The notes: generated by a model from the letters alone, not told the origin. A stretch of 24,000 nt of DNA from an uncultured Actinomycetota bacterium (GCA_963828555.1 CAWHEL010000002.1:1257174-1281173); one strand, 5' to 3'; counted from the first letter of the stretch, positions 6,436 to 15,861 are shown. Numbers and translations are program-made.

Positions 6436-7263
6436 ATGGACCCGCACCCGGCAGAGAACCCGGCGCCCAACCCGGCGAAGGACCCGGCTGAGGGCCATCA
6501 GCGGCCCACGTCCTCGGCTGCCCCCGGGCGGTGGACCCCGGCGGCGCGCGGCCGGGCGCTCAGCCTGGCCGGGGTCCTGGTCCTGGCCGGACTGCTCTTC
6601 ACCACCAGCGCCCGCGAGGCCGACGGCACCTCTCTGCGCACCGACGGCGTGGACACCCAGGCGCTCGTGATCGCCGAGCAGGCGCGGGCAACCCGGGCCC
6701 AGCAGCGGGTGACGCAACTGACCGAGGAGATCGGCCGGCTCACCGCCGCGGAGGGCAGGGAGAACGACACCGTGGCCGGGCTGCAGCGCCAGGGCGAGGC
6801 CCTGGCCGGTCCGGCCGGGCTCACCGCGGTGGGCGGCCCGACCATGGTGGTCAGCCTGGACGACGCCCCGCCGGAACGCTCCCGCGAGGGCTTCCGCCCC
6901 GACGAACTGGTCGTGCACCAGCAGGACATCCAGGCGGTGATGAATGCCCTCTGGGCCGGCGGCGCCGAGGCGATGACCCTGATGGGCAAGCGGGTCACCA
7001 CGACCACCGCGGTGCGCTGCGTCGGCAACACCGTGCTGGTGCAGGGCACGCTCTACTCCCCGCCCTACGTGGTGGTCGCCATCGGCGACCCTGCGGCGCT
7101 GGCCCGGGCCCTGGACACCTCGCCGGACGTCGCCCTCTACCGCGAGTACGTACGCCAGGTGGGTCTGCGCTGGAGCGCCGAGGAGGGCGGTACCCAGGTA
7201 CTGCCCGCCTATGCCGGCTCCACCCAGCTGCGGCACGCCCGCACCGCGCCGGTGGCACGATGA
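6436..7263 (+). CDS. DUF881 domain membrane protein (Rv0012-like)
   Basis: ATG at 6436 preceded by GGAGGTG. One N-terminal TM helix (ALSLAGVLVLAGLLFTT), a coiled region, then the DUF881 core (LVVHQQDIQAVMNALWAGGAEAMTLMGKRVTTTTAVRCVGNTVLVQGTLYSPPYVVVAIGDP). The upstream part of the 5923-7263 track ORF is antisense to crgA and was rejected. Confidence 0.85.
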   Translation: MDPHPAENPAPNPAKDPAEGHQRPTSSAAPGRWTPAARGRALSLAGVLVLAGLLFTTSAREADGTSLRTDGVDTQALVIAEQARATRAQQRVTQLTEEIGRLTAAEGRENDTVAGLQRQGEALAGPAGLTAVGGPTMVVSLDDAPPERSREGFRPDELVVHQQDIQAVMNALWAGGAEAMTLMGKRVTTTTAVRCVGNTVLVQGTLYSPPYVVVAIGDPAALARALDTSPDVALYREYVRQVGLRWSAEEGGTQVLPAYAGSTQLRHARTAPVAR

Positions 7264-7940
7264 CCGATGTGGATGACGACACGCACGCAGCGGGCGGTTC
7301 GAGGCAGGACGCCGACGGGGTCCGGATCCTCGTCGTGGACAACTACGACAGCTTCGTCTGGACCATCGTCGGCTACCTGGCCCAGCTCGGGGCGTGCTGC
7401 GACGTCCGACGCAACGACGCGGTGACCACGGATGACGCGCACGGCTTCGACGGGGTGCTGCTCTCGCCCGGACCGGGCACGCCGTCCGAGGCCGGGGTCT
7501 GCCCGGCCATGGTCGAACACTGCGCCGAGCAGGCCCAGCCGATGCTCGGGGTGTGCCTCGGGCATCAGGCGCTGGGCGAGGTGTTCGGCGGCACGGTCAC
7601 CCACGCCCCCGAACTCATGCACGGCAAGACCAGCCCGGTGCACCACCGTGGCCAGGGCGTGCTGGAGAGCCTGCCCTCGCCGTTCACCGCCACCCGCTAC
7701 CACTCGCTCGCCGTCGTGGCCGACACCGTGCCGGACTGCCTCGAGCTCACCGGGTGGACCGACGAGGGCGTGGTGATGGCGCTGCAGCACCGCGAGCTGC
7801 CCCTGCACGGCGTGCAGTTCCACCCCGAGTCGGTGCTCACCGAGGGCGGGCACCGACTGCTCGCCAACTGGCTGGCCCTGTGCGGGTCACCGGACGCCGT
7901 CGCCCGCTCGCACGGGCTGGCTCCTCTGGTCCGCCGCTGA
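7260..7940 (+). CDS. trpG: Anthranilate/aminodeoxychorismate synthase component II (class I glutamine amidotransferase)
   Basis: RILVVDNYDSFVWTIVGYL, GVCLGHQALGEVFGG (nucleophile Cys) and VQFHPESVLT (His/Glu). The ATG at 7260 overlaps the DUF881 stop (ATGA). A GTG at 7269 is an alternative start. Synteny matches Rv0013. Confidence 0.9.
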   Translation: MTDVDDDTHAAGGSRQDADGVRILVVDNYDSFVWTIVGYLAQLGACCDVRRNDAVTTDDAHGFDGVLLSPGPGTPSEAGVCPAMVEHCAEQAQPMLGVCLGHQALGEVFGGTVTHAPELMHGKTSPVHHRGQGVLESLPSPFTATRYHSLAVVADTVPDCLELTGWTDEGVVMALQHRELPLHGVQFHPESVLTEGGHRLLANWLALCGSPDAVARSHGLAPLVRR

Positions 7941-7943
7941 GGC

Positions 7944-9815
7944 TCAGGGAGTCGGCGTCGGGGAGGGCAGGCCCTCCGGCGGCGACGGCTCGGTGGTCGG
8001 GGTCGGAGTGGGCTCCACCGCCAGCGGAGCAGCGACCTTCAGGGTGATCGACTGGTTCCCGGCGTCCACCTTGGTGCCCTCGGGCAGGTCCTGGCTGAGC
8101 ACGGTCCCCTCGGGCTGATCGCTCGGCTCGTCCTCCCGGACCACGCTGATCAGCAGCTTCCGCAGGATCGCGTCGGCCTCGGTGAAGCTCTTGCCGGTCA
8201 CGTTCGGCACCGCGACCTGGCCGCTGGAGAGCAGCAGCTTCACCGACGAACCCTTGGCGACGCTGCTGGTGGCCTTCGGGTCGGTGCCGACCACGCGGCC
8301 CTTCTCGACCCCGGCGGCATCGACCGTCTCGGTGCTGCCGACCTTGAGGCCGGCCTCCTCGATCGCCGTCCGGGCCTGCTCCTGGGTGAAGTTCTTGACC
8401 TCGGGCACCTGGGCGGTCGCCGACCCCGAGGAGATGGTCAGCGCGACCGAGGTTCCCTCGTCCACCCGGACCCCTTGCTGCGGATCCTGGGTCATCACCG
8501 TGCCCGCCGGAACGGTGTCGCTGGCTTTCTGGGTCGTGGTGGCCGTGAGCCCGGCGGTGCCCAGGCTGCTGATGGCCTGAGCCTGGGTCAGGCCGGTGAC
8601 CCGGGGAACGGCCACCTGCTTCGTGCCCGACCCCAGCAGGGTGTACGCGAGGTAAGCCACGGCCGCGAACACGGCCACCGCCACCAGGCCGAGTAGCACG
8701 TAGCCCATGTTGCGCCCCGTGCTCCGGCCGGTCTCCCGAGGGGCGAACTGGCGCCGGTCGGGGCCGGCGTAGTCGGGGTAGTCCATCGAGGTGGGCCGGG
8801 TGACCGGATAGCCGTGCCCGGGCGGCGACTGCTGCGGCATGGTCGGGCCGGCGGGGCTGGACGGGTAGGTCATGGCCCGGGTCGGGTCCTGCGACCTGTC
8901 GTAGCCCGAGTGCTGCTGCGCCGCGTCGTGCAGCACCGCGGCCGGCGCGATCGGGGGCCGCCCCTGGCGCAGGTTGTCCAGGTCGGCACGGAACTCGGCG
9001 GCCGACTGGTAGCGGGTCTCCCGATCCTTGGCCAGCGAGTGCAGGATCACCCGGTCCAAATCCTCGTTGATCGCCGGATTGAGCGAGCTCGGTAGCGGCG
9101 GGGCCTCCCGCACATGCTGGTAGGCCACGGCCACCGGGGAGTCGGCGACGAACGGCGGTCGGCCGGTGACCAGTTCGAAGAGCAGACACCCGGCCGAGTA
9201 CAGGTCGCTGCGCGGGTCGACAGTCTCGCCCCGGGCCTGCTCCGGCGAGAGGTACTGGGCAGTGCCGATCACGGCCTGGGTCTGGGTCATCGTCGCGGAG
9301 ACGTCGGCCAGGGCCCGGGCGATGCCGAAGTCCATCACCTTGACGTCGCCTGCGGGGGTGAGCATCACGTTGGCCGGTTTGATGTCGCGGTGCACGATGC
9401 CGGCCCGGTGGCTGTACTCCAGGGCCGACAACACGCCGGCGGTGAGGTCGAGGGCCAGCGGCACGTCGATCGGCACGTTGTTGCCGAGCAGCTCGCGCAG
9501 GGTACGGCCCTCGATGTACTCCATCACGATGTAGGGCAGCGCGATCAGGTTGCCGCTGGCGTCGACCACCTGCTCCTCGCCGGTGTCGTAGACGGCGACG
9601 ATCGTCGGATGGTTCAGGGCCGCGGCCGACTGCGCCTCGCGCCGGAACCGGGCCTGGAACACGGGGTCCCGGGCCAGGTCCACGCGCAGCAGCTTGATCG
9701 CGACCACCCGGCCCAACCGGGTGTCGCGTCCGATGTGGACCTCCGCCATGCCCCCGCGACCGAGGAGGTCACCGACCTCGTATCGATTGCCCAGCACTCG
9801 CGGGTTGTCGCTCAC
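7944..9815 (-). CDS. pknB: Ser/Thr protein kinase PknB with three PASTA domains
   Basis: GRGGMAEVHIG...VAIKLL, HRDIKPANV, DFGIAR, activation loop TMTQTQAVIGTAQYLSPE, one TM helix (VLLGLVAVAVFAAVAYLAYTLL), three PASTA-like repeats and a P/T-rich tail. GTG start at 9815. Confidence 0.95.
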   Translation of the reverse strand: MSDNPRVLGNRYEVGDLLGRGGMAEVHIGRDTRLGRVVAIKLLRVDLARDPVFQARFRREAQSAAALNHPTIVAVYDTGEEQVVDASGNLIALPYIVMEYIEGRTLRELLGNNVPIDVPLALDLTAGVLSALEYSHRAGIVHRDIKPANVMLTPAGDVKVMDFGIARALADVSATMTQTQAVIGTAQYLSPEQARGETVDPRSDLYSAGCLLFELVTGRPPFVADSPVAVAYQHVREAPPLPSSLNPAINEDLDRVILHSLAKDRETRYQSAAEFRADLDNLRQGRPPIAPAAVLHDAAQQHSGYDRSQDPTRAMTYPSSPAGPTMPQQSPPGHGYPVTRPTSMDYPDYAGPDRRQFAPRETGRSTGRNMGYVLLGLVAVAVFAAVAYLAYTLLGSGTKQVAVPRVTGLTQAQAISSLGTAGLTATTTQKASDTVPAGTVMTQDPQQGVRVDEGTSVALTISSGSATAQVPEVKNFTQEQARTAIEEAGLKVGSTETVDAAGVEKGRVVGTDPKATSSVAKGSSVKLLLSSGQVAVPNVTGKSFTEADAILRKLLISVVREDEPSDQPEGTVLSQDLPEGTKVDAGNQSITLKVAAPLAVEPTPTPTTEPSPPEGLPSPTPTP

Positions 9816-9868
9816 GCGCTCCGCCCCTGTCTCTGCTCACGTGCTGCTGTCCTGGTCATGGTGATCGC

Positions 9869-11521
9869 CTACCCTCCGAGCCCGTCGACCAACGCGCCGG
9901 CCGGCGCGATGGAGACGCTCGCGCTCGGCGTCACGCTCACCGGTGGTGTGGTGCTCGGCGGCGGGCTTGTGGTGGGGGTCGGGCTCGGCGTCGGCGTCGG
10001 AGTGGGTGTCGGAGTGGGTGTCGGCGCGCCGGTGGGCGAGGTCGACGCCGACGCCGACGCACTGGCGCTGGCCGACGGAGACTTGCTCCGGCTCGGCGAC
10101 CTGGACGGCGACCGGCTTCCCGAGGAGCTTGCGCTGCCGCTGACGGACGGCGCCGTCCCGGTGGGCGACGCCTGCCCCGACTGCCCGCTCGGTGTGGGGG
10201 TGGGGTCATCGCCGAAATCGACCGTGCCCCCGTTGTTCCGGCTGGCGCTCAGCACGATCAGCAGGACGACCACCACCCCGAGCAGGCCCAGCATCAGCAT
10301 CGTGGCCGGGGACATGCCCTTGCGGTCCTCCCGCCGCCGCGCCGGGGGCGGCCCGAGCGAGTCCCGGCGACGGCCGCTCGGCCCGTCGTCCGCGGGCCCG
10401 CCCGGGTCGCCGAACGCCATGCCCTGAGGTGCGGTCTGGGTGGAGGCCCATTGCGGCCGCCCGGCCGGGGGCTGCCCCGGCTGGCTGAGGTGAACCGTCG
10501 CTGCGACGTCCGCCGCGGCGTCGGCGCTCGCCCCGGCACTGTGCCGGCCACCGTTGCCACGCATGGTGATCCCGCCGTCCGGGCCGAAGGCGGGGGCCTG
10601 GGCCTGGTGCAGCCGGGTCTCCGGGGCGCCGCCGATGTCGTCGAGCGCGGTCGGGTCGTGGGCGAGCAACTTCTCCAGGGCCATCGCGAAGGCCTCGGCC
10701 GAACGCACCCGGTGCGCGGGGTCCTTCTCCATCGCGGCCCCGACGGCCCGGATCACCTCCGGAGCGATCGTGCCCGGCAGCGGCGGCGGTTCCTGGCTCA
10801 GGTGCGCGGTGGCGACCAGAACCTGGTTGTCGCCCTCGAACGGCCGGTGCCCGGCCAGGCACTCGTAGGCCACCACGCCGAGCGCGTAGACGTCGGACAG
10901 CGGGCTGGCGTCCAGTCCTCGGGCCAGCTCGGGCGCGAGGTAGTGCGCCGTGCCCATCACCTGCCCGGTCATGGTCAGCGGCTCGTGGTCTGTGGGCCGG
11001 GCGATGCCGAAGTCGGTGACCTTGATCCGCCCCTCCGGGGTCACCATCAGGTTGGCCGGCTTCACGTCACGGTGGATCACCCCGCGGGAGTGCGCGGCGT
11101 GCAGCGCCCGGGCGGCCTGGGCGACCAGGGCCAGCGTCCGCTCGGTGCCGAGTGCGCCGTCCCTGGTCAGGATCGCCGACAGCGCCTCGCCGGGTACCAG
11201 CTCCATCACCAGATAGGCGATCCCGTCACCCTGCACGGGCGTCCGTGACGGCGATTCGCCGTCCGGCCCGACCGAGGTCTCGCCATAGTCGAACACCGCG
11301 GCGATGCCGTTGTGCGGCAGCCCGCCGGCCGTGCGTGCCTCCGCCCGGAACCGCTTGCGGAACGCCTCGTCCTCGGCGAGCTCGGCGCGTAGCACCTTGA
11401 CCGCCACCGATCGGCCCAGTACCTCGTCGGTACCGCGCCAGACCTCTCCCATGCCGCCGACGGCGATCCGTTCACTGAGCCGGTAGCGCCCATCGAGTCG
11501 CGTCCCCGCACGCACGCTCAT
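9869..11521 (-). CDS. pknA: Ser/Thr protein kinase PknA with a low-complexity ectodomain
   Basis: Start MSVRAGTRLDGRYRL at ATG 11521, overlapping the pbpA stop (ATGA). GGMGEVWRG...VAVKVL, HRDVKPANL, DFGIAR, GTAHYLAPE, a TM helix (MLMLGLLGVVVVLLIVLSA), then an S/P/T/R/A-rich tail. The track's 5' extension to 11668 overlaps pbpA and was rejected. Confidence 0.9.
   Translation of the reverse strand: MSVRAGTRLDGRYRLSERIAVGGMGEVWRGTDEVLGRSVAVKVLRAELAEDEAFRKRFRAEARTAGGLPHNGIAAVFDYGETSVGPDGESPSRTPVQGDGIAYLVMELVPGEALSAILTRDGALGTERTLALVAQAARALHAAHSRGVIHRDVKPANLMVTPEGRIKVTDFGIARPTDHEPLTMTGQVMGTAHYLAPELARGLDASPLSDVYALGVVAYECLAGHRPFEGDNQVLVATAHLSQEPPPLPGTIAPEVIRAVGAAMEKDPAHRVRSAEAFAMALEKLLAHDPTALDDIGGAPETRLHQAQAPAFGPDGGITMRGNGGRHSAGASADAAADVAATVHLSQPGQPPAGRPQWASTQTAPQGMAFGDPGGPADDGPSGRRRDSLGPPPARRREDRKGMSPATMLMLGLLGVVVVLLIVLSASRNNGGTVDFGDDPTPTPSGQSGQASPTGTAPSVSGSASSSGSRSPSRSPSRSKSPSASASASASASTSPTGAPTPTPTPTPTPTPSPTPTTSPPPSTTPPVSVTPSASVSIAPAGALVDGLGG
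9987..10061. repeat. Short in-frame tandem DNA repeats inside the pknA 3' region (encode the TP and SA dipeptide runs)
   Basis: GGCGTC x2 at 9987-9998. AGTGGGTGTCGG x2, perfect, at 10001-10024. GACGCC x2 plus GACGCA at 10044-10061. Confidence 0.7.
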
Positions 11522-12975
11522 TGGCTGATCACCGCCTCCATGACCTTCTTCGCGATCGGTGCCGCGACCCGTCCGCCCGAGGCGGCATCGCCGAGGGCAC
11601 CACCGTCCTCCACCACGACCGCGATGGCGACCTGGGGATCCTCCACCGGCGCGAACGCGGTGAACCATGCGTTCGGTGGCCGGCCCTCACCCTGCTCGGC
11701 GGTGCCGGTCTTGCCCGCCACCTCGATGCCGTCGATCCGGGCACGGGTGCCGGTGCCGCCAGGGCCCACCACGGCCTGCATCATCGTGGTCAGCTTGGCG
11801 GCGGTGCCCCGGGAGACCGCCCGGCCCAGCTCCTCGGCCGACGGCCGCGACATCACGGTCAGGTCCGGTGCGAGCACCCGGCTGACCAGCTGCGGCTTCA
11901 TCAGCACACCGTCATTGGCTATCGCGGAGGAGACCATCGCGATCTGCAGCGGGCTGACCCGCACCTCGAACTGCCCGATCGAGGTCTGTGCCAGCTGGGA
12001 CTGGCCCAGGCCGGCCGGGAAGACGCTCGGGGTCACGGTGAGCGGAATGCGCAGCTTCTCGCCGAACCCGAACTTGGCCGTTTGCTCCAGCATGGCGGAT
12101 TCGCCCACGGCCATTCCCACCGACCCGAAGGCGGTGTTGCACGAGATCTTCAAGGCATCGATGAGGGTGATCTTGCCACTAGGCGCGCAGGCGCCGGAGA
12201 AGTCGTTCGGCAGCGTGTACGTCTGGCCCGGGAAGGTGAGCTTCGCCGGGCCCTCCACCTCGGTGTCCGGCTCGAACTCCCCGCTCTCCAGGGCGGCTGC
12301 GGCGGTCACCAGCTTGAACACCGACCCGGGCGGGTAGAGCCGGCCCGAGATGGCCCGGTTCTCCAGCGGCCGGCTGTCGTCGCCGAGCAGCTTCGTGTAG
12401 GCGTCCTTGACCGCCTTCTGGTCGTGGGCGGCCAGCAGGTTGGGGTCGTAGGCGGGCTTGCTGACCATGGCCAGGATGGCGCCGGTCTTCGGGTCCAGGG
12501 CGACCACGGCGCCGCGCTGGTCACCGAGCGCGTCCCAGGCCGCCTGCTGCACCTTCGGCTGGATGGTCAGCTCGACCGTGGCCCCCTGCGCGGCCTTCCC
12601 GGTGAGCAGGTCCTGGATCCGGCGGTAGAAGAGCTGGTCGGCCGTGCCCGAGAGCAACGGCCCGGACGCCGACTCCATGCCTGTCGAGCCGTAAACGATC
12701 GAGTAGAAGCCGGTCACCGCGCTGTACATCGGGCCGTCGGGGTAGCTGCGCTGGTACTTGTACGGGTCGTCCACCTTGGTCGACACAGCGATCTGGCGGC
12801 CGGCGACGATGAGCGGTTGCCGCTCCCGGCCGAAGTTCTTGTACAGGGTGCGGGCATTGCCCGGCCGGGCGTCCAGCGAGGCGGCGCTCAGGTACTGCAC
12901 GTAGGTGCTGCTGGCGAACAACGAGGAGAACAGCAGGATGACGACGGCGGCCAGACGGCGCAGGGGGGTGTTCAC
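11518..12975 (-). CDS. pbpA: Penicillin-binding protein A (class B D,D-transpeptidase)
   Basis: N-terminal TM helix, SVFK (SxxK), SCN (SxN) and KTGTA (KTG) motifs. 4-nt overlaps with rodA upstream and pknA downstream. Synteny matches Rv0016c. Confidence 0.93.
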   Translation of the reverse strand: MNTPLRRLAAVVILLFSSLFASSTYVQYLSAASLDARPGNARTLYKNFGRERQPLIVAGRQIAVSTKVDDPYKYQRSYPDGPMYSAVTGFYSIVYGSTGMESASGPLLSGTADQLFYRRIQDLLTGKAAQGATVELTIQPKVQQAAWDALGDQRGAVVALDPKTGAILAMVSKPAYDPNLLAAHDQKAVKDAYTKLLGDDSRPLENRAISGRLYPPGSVFKLVTAAAALESGEFEPDTEVEGPAKLTFPGQTYTLPNDFSGACAPSGKITLIDALKISCNTAFGSVGMAVGESAMLEQTAKFGFGEKLRIPLTVTPSVFPAGLGQSQLAQTSIGQFEVRVSPLQIAMVSSAIANDGVLMKPQLVSRVLAPDLTVMSRPSAEELGRAVSRGTAAKLTTMMQAVVGPGGTGTRARIDGIEVAGKTGTAEQGEGRPPNAWFTAFAPVEDPQVAIAVVVEDGGALGDAASGGRVAAPIAKKVMEAVISQ

Positions 12976-14345
12976 GCCGGCACCACCTCGGTCGGGGCGG
13001 TCGGCGACAGGGGGGACAAGGGGACCTCCGGGCGCGGACGGCGCGCGGAGTCGGAGATCCGCAGCAGCAGCGCCACGATGATCCAGTTGGACAGCAGCGA
13101 GGAGCCGCCGTAGGCCAGGAACGGCGTGGTCAGGCCGGTCAGCGGGATCACCCGGGTCACCCCGCCGACCACGACGAACACCTGCAGGGCCAGGGAGAAT
13201 GCCAGCCCCGCCGAGAGGAGTTTGCCGAAGCCGTCCCGGACGCCGATCGCGGTGCGCAGGCCCCGCTCGACCAGCAGCAGGTAGAGCATCAGGACGGCGA
13301 ACAGCCCGGTCAGCCCGAGTTCCTCACCGATCGCGGCGACGATGAAGTCGCTCTCGGCGAACGGCACGATGTCGGGGCGGCCCAGGCCCAGGCCGGTGCC
13401 GAGCAGACCGCCGCTGGCCATGCCGAACAGGCCCTGCTGCAGCTGGTAGGCCGGCACCGAGGGGTCGAAGGTGTCCAGCCACATGGCGACCCGGGCCTGC
13501 ACGTGCCCGAACATCGTCCAGGCCAGGAAGGCGCCGCCGACGAACAGCAGCAGGCCGATCACGATCCAGCTGGTGCGCTCGGTGGCCACATAGAGCAGGG
13601 CCACGAACAGCCCGAAGAACAGCAGCGAGGTACCCAGGTCACGCTGGAAGACGAGCACGGCCAGGCTGACCAGCCACACCAGGAGCAGCGGGCCGAGGTC
13701 GCGGGCCCGGGGCAGCTGCAGGCCGAGCACCTTGCGCCCGACCAGGGACAGCGAGTCGCGGGCGAGCACGAGGTAGCCGGCGAAGAACACGGCGAGGGCG
13801 ATCTTGGCGATCTCTCCGGGCTGGAACGACATCGGACCCAGCCGGATCCAGATCCTGGCCCCGTTGATCTCGCGGCCGATGAAGGGCATCAGCGGCAGCA
13901 GCAACAGGCCGATCGCGCCGGCCATCGCCGTGTAGGTGAACCGGGAGAGGCCGCGGTGGTCGCGCAGCAGGAGCAGGACGCCGATCGCGGCGCCGACCCC
14001 GACCGTGGTCCAGGTCATCTGGCGCAGCGCCAGCGAGGACCCGACCTCGCGGCCCTCGGCCAGGTCCAGTCGGTGGATCATGACCAGGCCGAGCCCGTTC
14101 AACGCCGTGGCGATCGGCAGGATCACCGGGTCGGCGTACGCCGCCCGGAAGCGCAGCACGCCGTGCACGGCGAGCGCCAGCAGACCCATCCCGCCGCCAT
14201 AGCTGATCATGTCGCCCGGCACCGACCCGTTCTCGGCGATGCCCACCAGGGCGTACGCGCCGAGCCCGATGGCGATGGCGAGCAGGAGCAGAGCCAGCTC
14301 GACATTGCGGCGGGTGCGAGGGGTGATCGGGGCGACGACGGCCAT
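12972..14345 (-). CDS. rodA: FtsW/RodA/SpoVE (SEDS) family peptidoglycan polymerase
   Basis: 457 aa, polytopic membrane protein. Conserved SEDS blocks are present (FQPGEIAKIALAVFFAGYL, RDLGTSLLFFG, ESDFIVAAIGEELGLTG, PLTGLTTPFLAYGGSS). Synteny matches Rv0017c. Confidence 0.93.
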   Translation of the reverse strand: MAVVAPITPRTRRNVELALLLLAIAIGLGAYALVGIAENGSVPGDMISYGGGMGLLALAVHGVLRFRAAYADPVILPIATALNGLGLVMIHRLDLAEGREVGSSLALRQMTWTTVGVGAAIGVLLLLRDHRGLSRFTYTAMAGAIGLLLLPLMPFIGREINGARIWIRLGPMSFQPGEIAKIALAVFFAGYLVLARDSLSLVGRKVLGLQLPRARDLGPLLLVWLVSLAVLVFQRDLGTSLLFFGLFVALLYVATERTSWIVIGLLLFVGGAFLAWTMFGHVQARVAMWLDTFDPSVPAYQLQQGLFGMASGGLLGTGLGLGRPDIVPFAESDFIVAAIGEELGLTGLFAVLMLYLLLVERGLRTAIGVRDGFGKLLSAGLAFSLALQVFVVVGGVTRVIPLTGLTTPFLAYGGSSLLSNWIIVALLLRISDSARRPRPEVPLSPLSPTAPTEVVPA

Positions 14346-14377
14346 CGGCTAGCGCCCGCCGGGGGGTGGCCGGCGGC

Positions 14378-15856
14378 TCATTGGAGCAGCCCTGCGCAGT
14401 CGAGCTCGGGGCTGGCCGAGGGGGTGGGCGTCGGGCTGGGGGTCTCGGTGGGGACGGTCGACACCGAGGGGGTGGGCGTCACCGCGGACGGCGACCCGCT
14501 GGCCGCGGCGGCGAGCACCGACGGCTTCGGCGCGGCAGCGCCTGCGCTCGCGGTCGGCGCCGCCGTGGGCGTGGGTGAGGCGGCGGGGGACGGCGTGGGC
14601 GAGGGCGTCACGGTGGGAGTCGGGGAGGGCGTGAGGGTGGTGGTGGCAAGGGCCTGGCAGCGCGCCAGCGTGCGGTACTTCTCCACGATCTCCTGGGCCT
14701 TGGCCTGGCTGTCCGCGGTCACCCCTTTGGTCAGCTGCGCCTGGGCGTAGTCGGGCAGGTCGGCGACCTTGACGTCGTCCGCCACCGTGTCGACGCGGGA
14801 CAGCGTGATCGGCCCCAGGTCCTGCGGCAGGCCCTTGAAGACGGCCACCGCCCCGCCGGAGTCGCCGACGAAGAGCTGGCTGGTCACCCAGCGCCAGGCG
14901 CCGAAGCCGCCGCCCAGCAGGAGCAGGACGGCCAAGAACGAACCGCCGATCGCGCGGCGCCGTCCGGAGCGATTCGTCGGCGGATGTGAGTCCTCCTCCT
15001 CGTCGCCGTCACCGGCGGCGGTGAGGGCGGCGGCCCGTTCGGCGGCGGAGCCCTGGGCCCCCGGCAGCCCTCGGCGGGGCTGGTGCAGCGAGGCGGCGCC
15101 CACCACGTACGGCGAGACGTCGCCGCGCGCGGCGTCGTCGATCACGTCGGCCACGATGCAGGTCACGTTGTCGGGGGCACCGGCCCGCAGGGCGAGCTGC
15201 ACCAGCGACTCGCAGGTGGACGTCGGGTCGGGCACCTCGGCCAGGGTCTCCTGGAGGGTCTCCAGGCTGACCACGCCGGACAGGCCGTCGGAGCACAGCA
15301 GGTAGCGGTCGCCGATCCGGGCCTCGCGCATCGACAGGTCCGGGGTGACGTCGTCCACCACATCGCTGAGCACCCGCATCAGCACCGAGCGTTGCGGGTG
15401 GTGCTCGGCCTCGGTCAGGGTGAGCCGGCCCTCGTCGACCAGGGTCTGCACGAAGGTGTGGTCCTTGGTGATCTGGACCAGGCCGCCCTCGCGCAGCAGA
15501 TAGGCGCGGGAGTCGCCGATGTGGGCCAGCGCAAGCCGGTTGCCGGTGCGCAGCAGCGCGGTGACGGTGGTGCCCATGCCGGCCAGGGCCGGCTCCTCGT
15601 CGACCCGATCGAGCAGCTCCTGGTGCGCGGCCAGCACCGCTTCGGAGAGGTGAGCGAGCGCGTCGGCACCATGTGACTCGTCGTCCAGTGGGGCGAGTTC
15701 GCCGATGGCCAGGGACGACGCGACGTCACCGCCGGCGTGCCCGCCCATCCCGTCGGCGACCACCAGCAGGTGGGGACCCGCGTAGGCCGAGTCCTGGTTG
15801 TTGGAACGGACCAGGCCGACGTCGGAACGGGCCGCGTAGCGCAGCGCGATCGCCAA
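14378..15856 (-). CDS. pstP: PP2C-family Ser/Thr phosphatase PstP (membrane-anchored, with extracellular domain)
   Basis: LAIALRYAARSDVGLVRSNNQDSAY...VADGMGGHAGGDVAS, GDRYLLCSDGLS, DNVTCIVADV, one TM helix, then an ectodomain with a P/T/S/A-rich tail. I chose the TTG at 15856, 7 nt after GGAGG and 5 nt after the fhaB stop. The longer track ORF (to 16348) overlaps fhaB. Confidence 0.88.
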   Translation of the reverse strand: MAIALRYAARSDVGLVRSNNQDSAYAGPHLLVVADGMGGHAGGDVASSLAIGELAPLDDESHGADALAHLSEAVLAAHQELLDRVDEEPALAGMGTTVTALLRTGNRLALAHIGDSRAYLLREGGLVQITKDHTFVQTLVDEGRLTLTEAEHHPQRSVLMRVLSDVVDDVTPDLSMREARIGDRYLLCSDGLSGVVSLETLQETLAEVPDPTSTCESLVQLALRAGAPDNVTCIVADVIDDAARGDVSPYVVGAASLHQPRRGLPGAQGSAAERAAALTAAGDGDEEEDSHPPTNRSGRRRAIGGSFLAVLLLLGGGFGAWRWVTSQLFVGDSGGAVAVFKGLPQDLGPITLSRVDTVADDVKVADLPDYAQAQLTKGVTADSQAKAQEIVEKYRTLARCQALATTTLTPSPTPTVTPSPTPSPAASPTPTAAPTASAGAAAPKPSVLAAAASGSPSAVTPTPSVSTVPTETPSPTPTPSASPELDCAGLLQ

Positions 15857-15861
15857 TCCGG

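Noticed and set aside
11522-11668. 5' extensions of pknA (to 11668), pstP (to 16348) and fhaA (to 17617) in the ORF track
   Set aside because: The extensions overlap upstream genes (pbpA, fhaB) or the tRNA, and they encode Arg/Gly-rich low-information sequence. The internal starts reproduce the conserved N-termini and have RBS or coupling signals.
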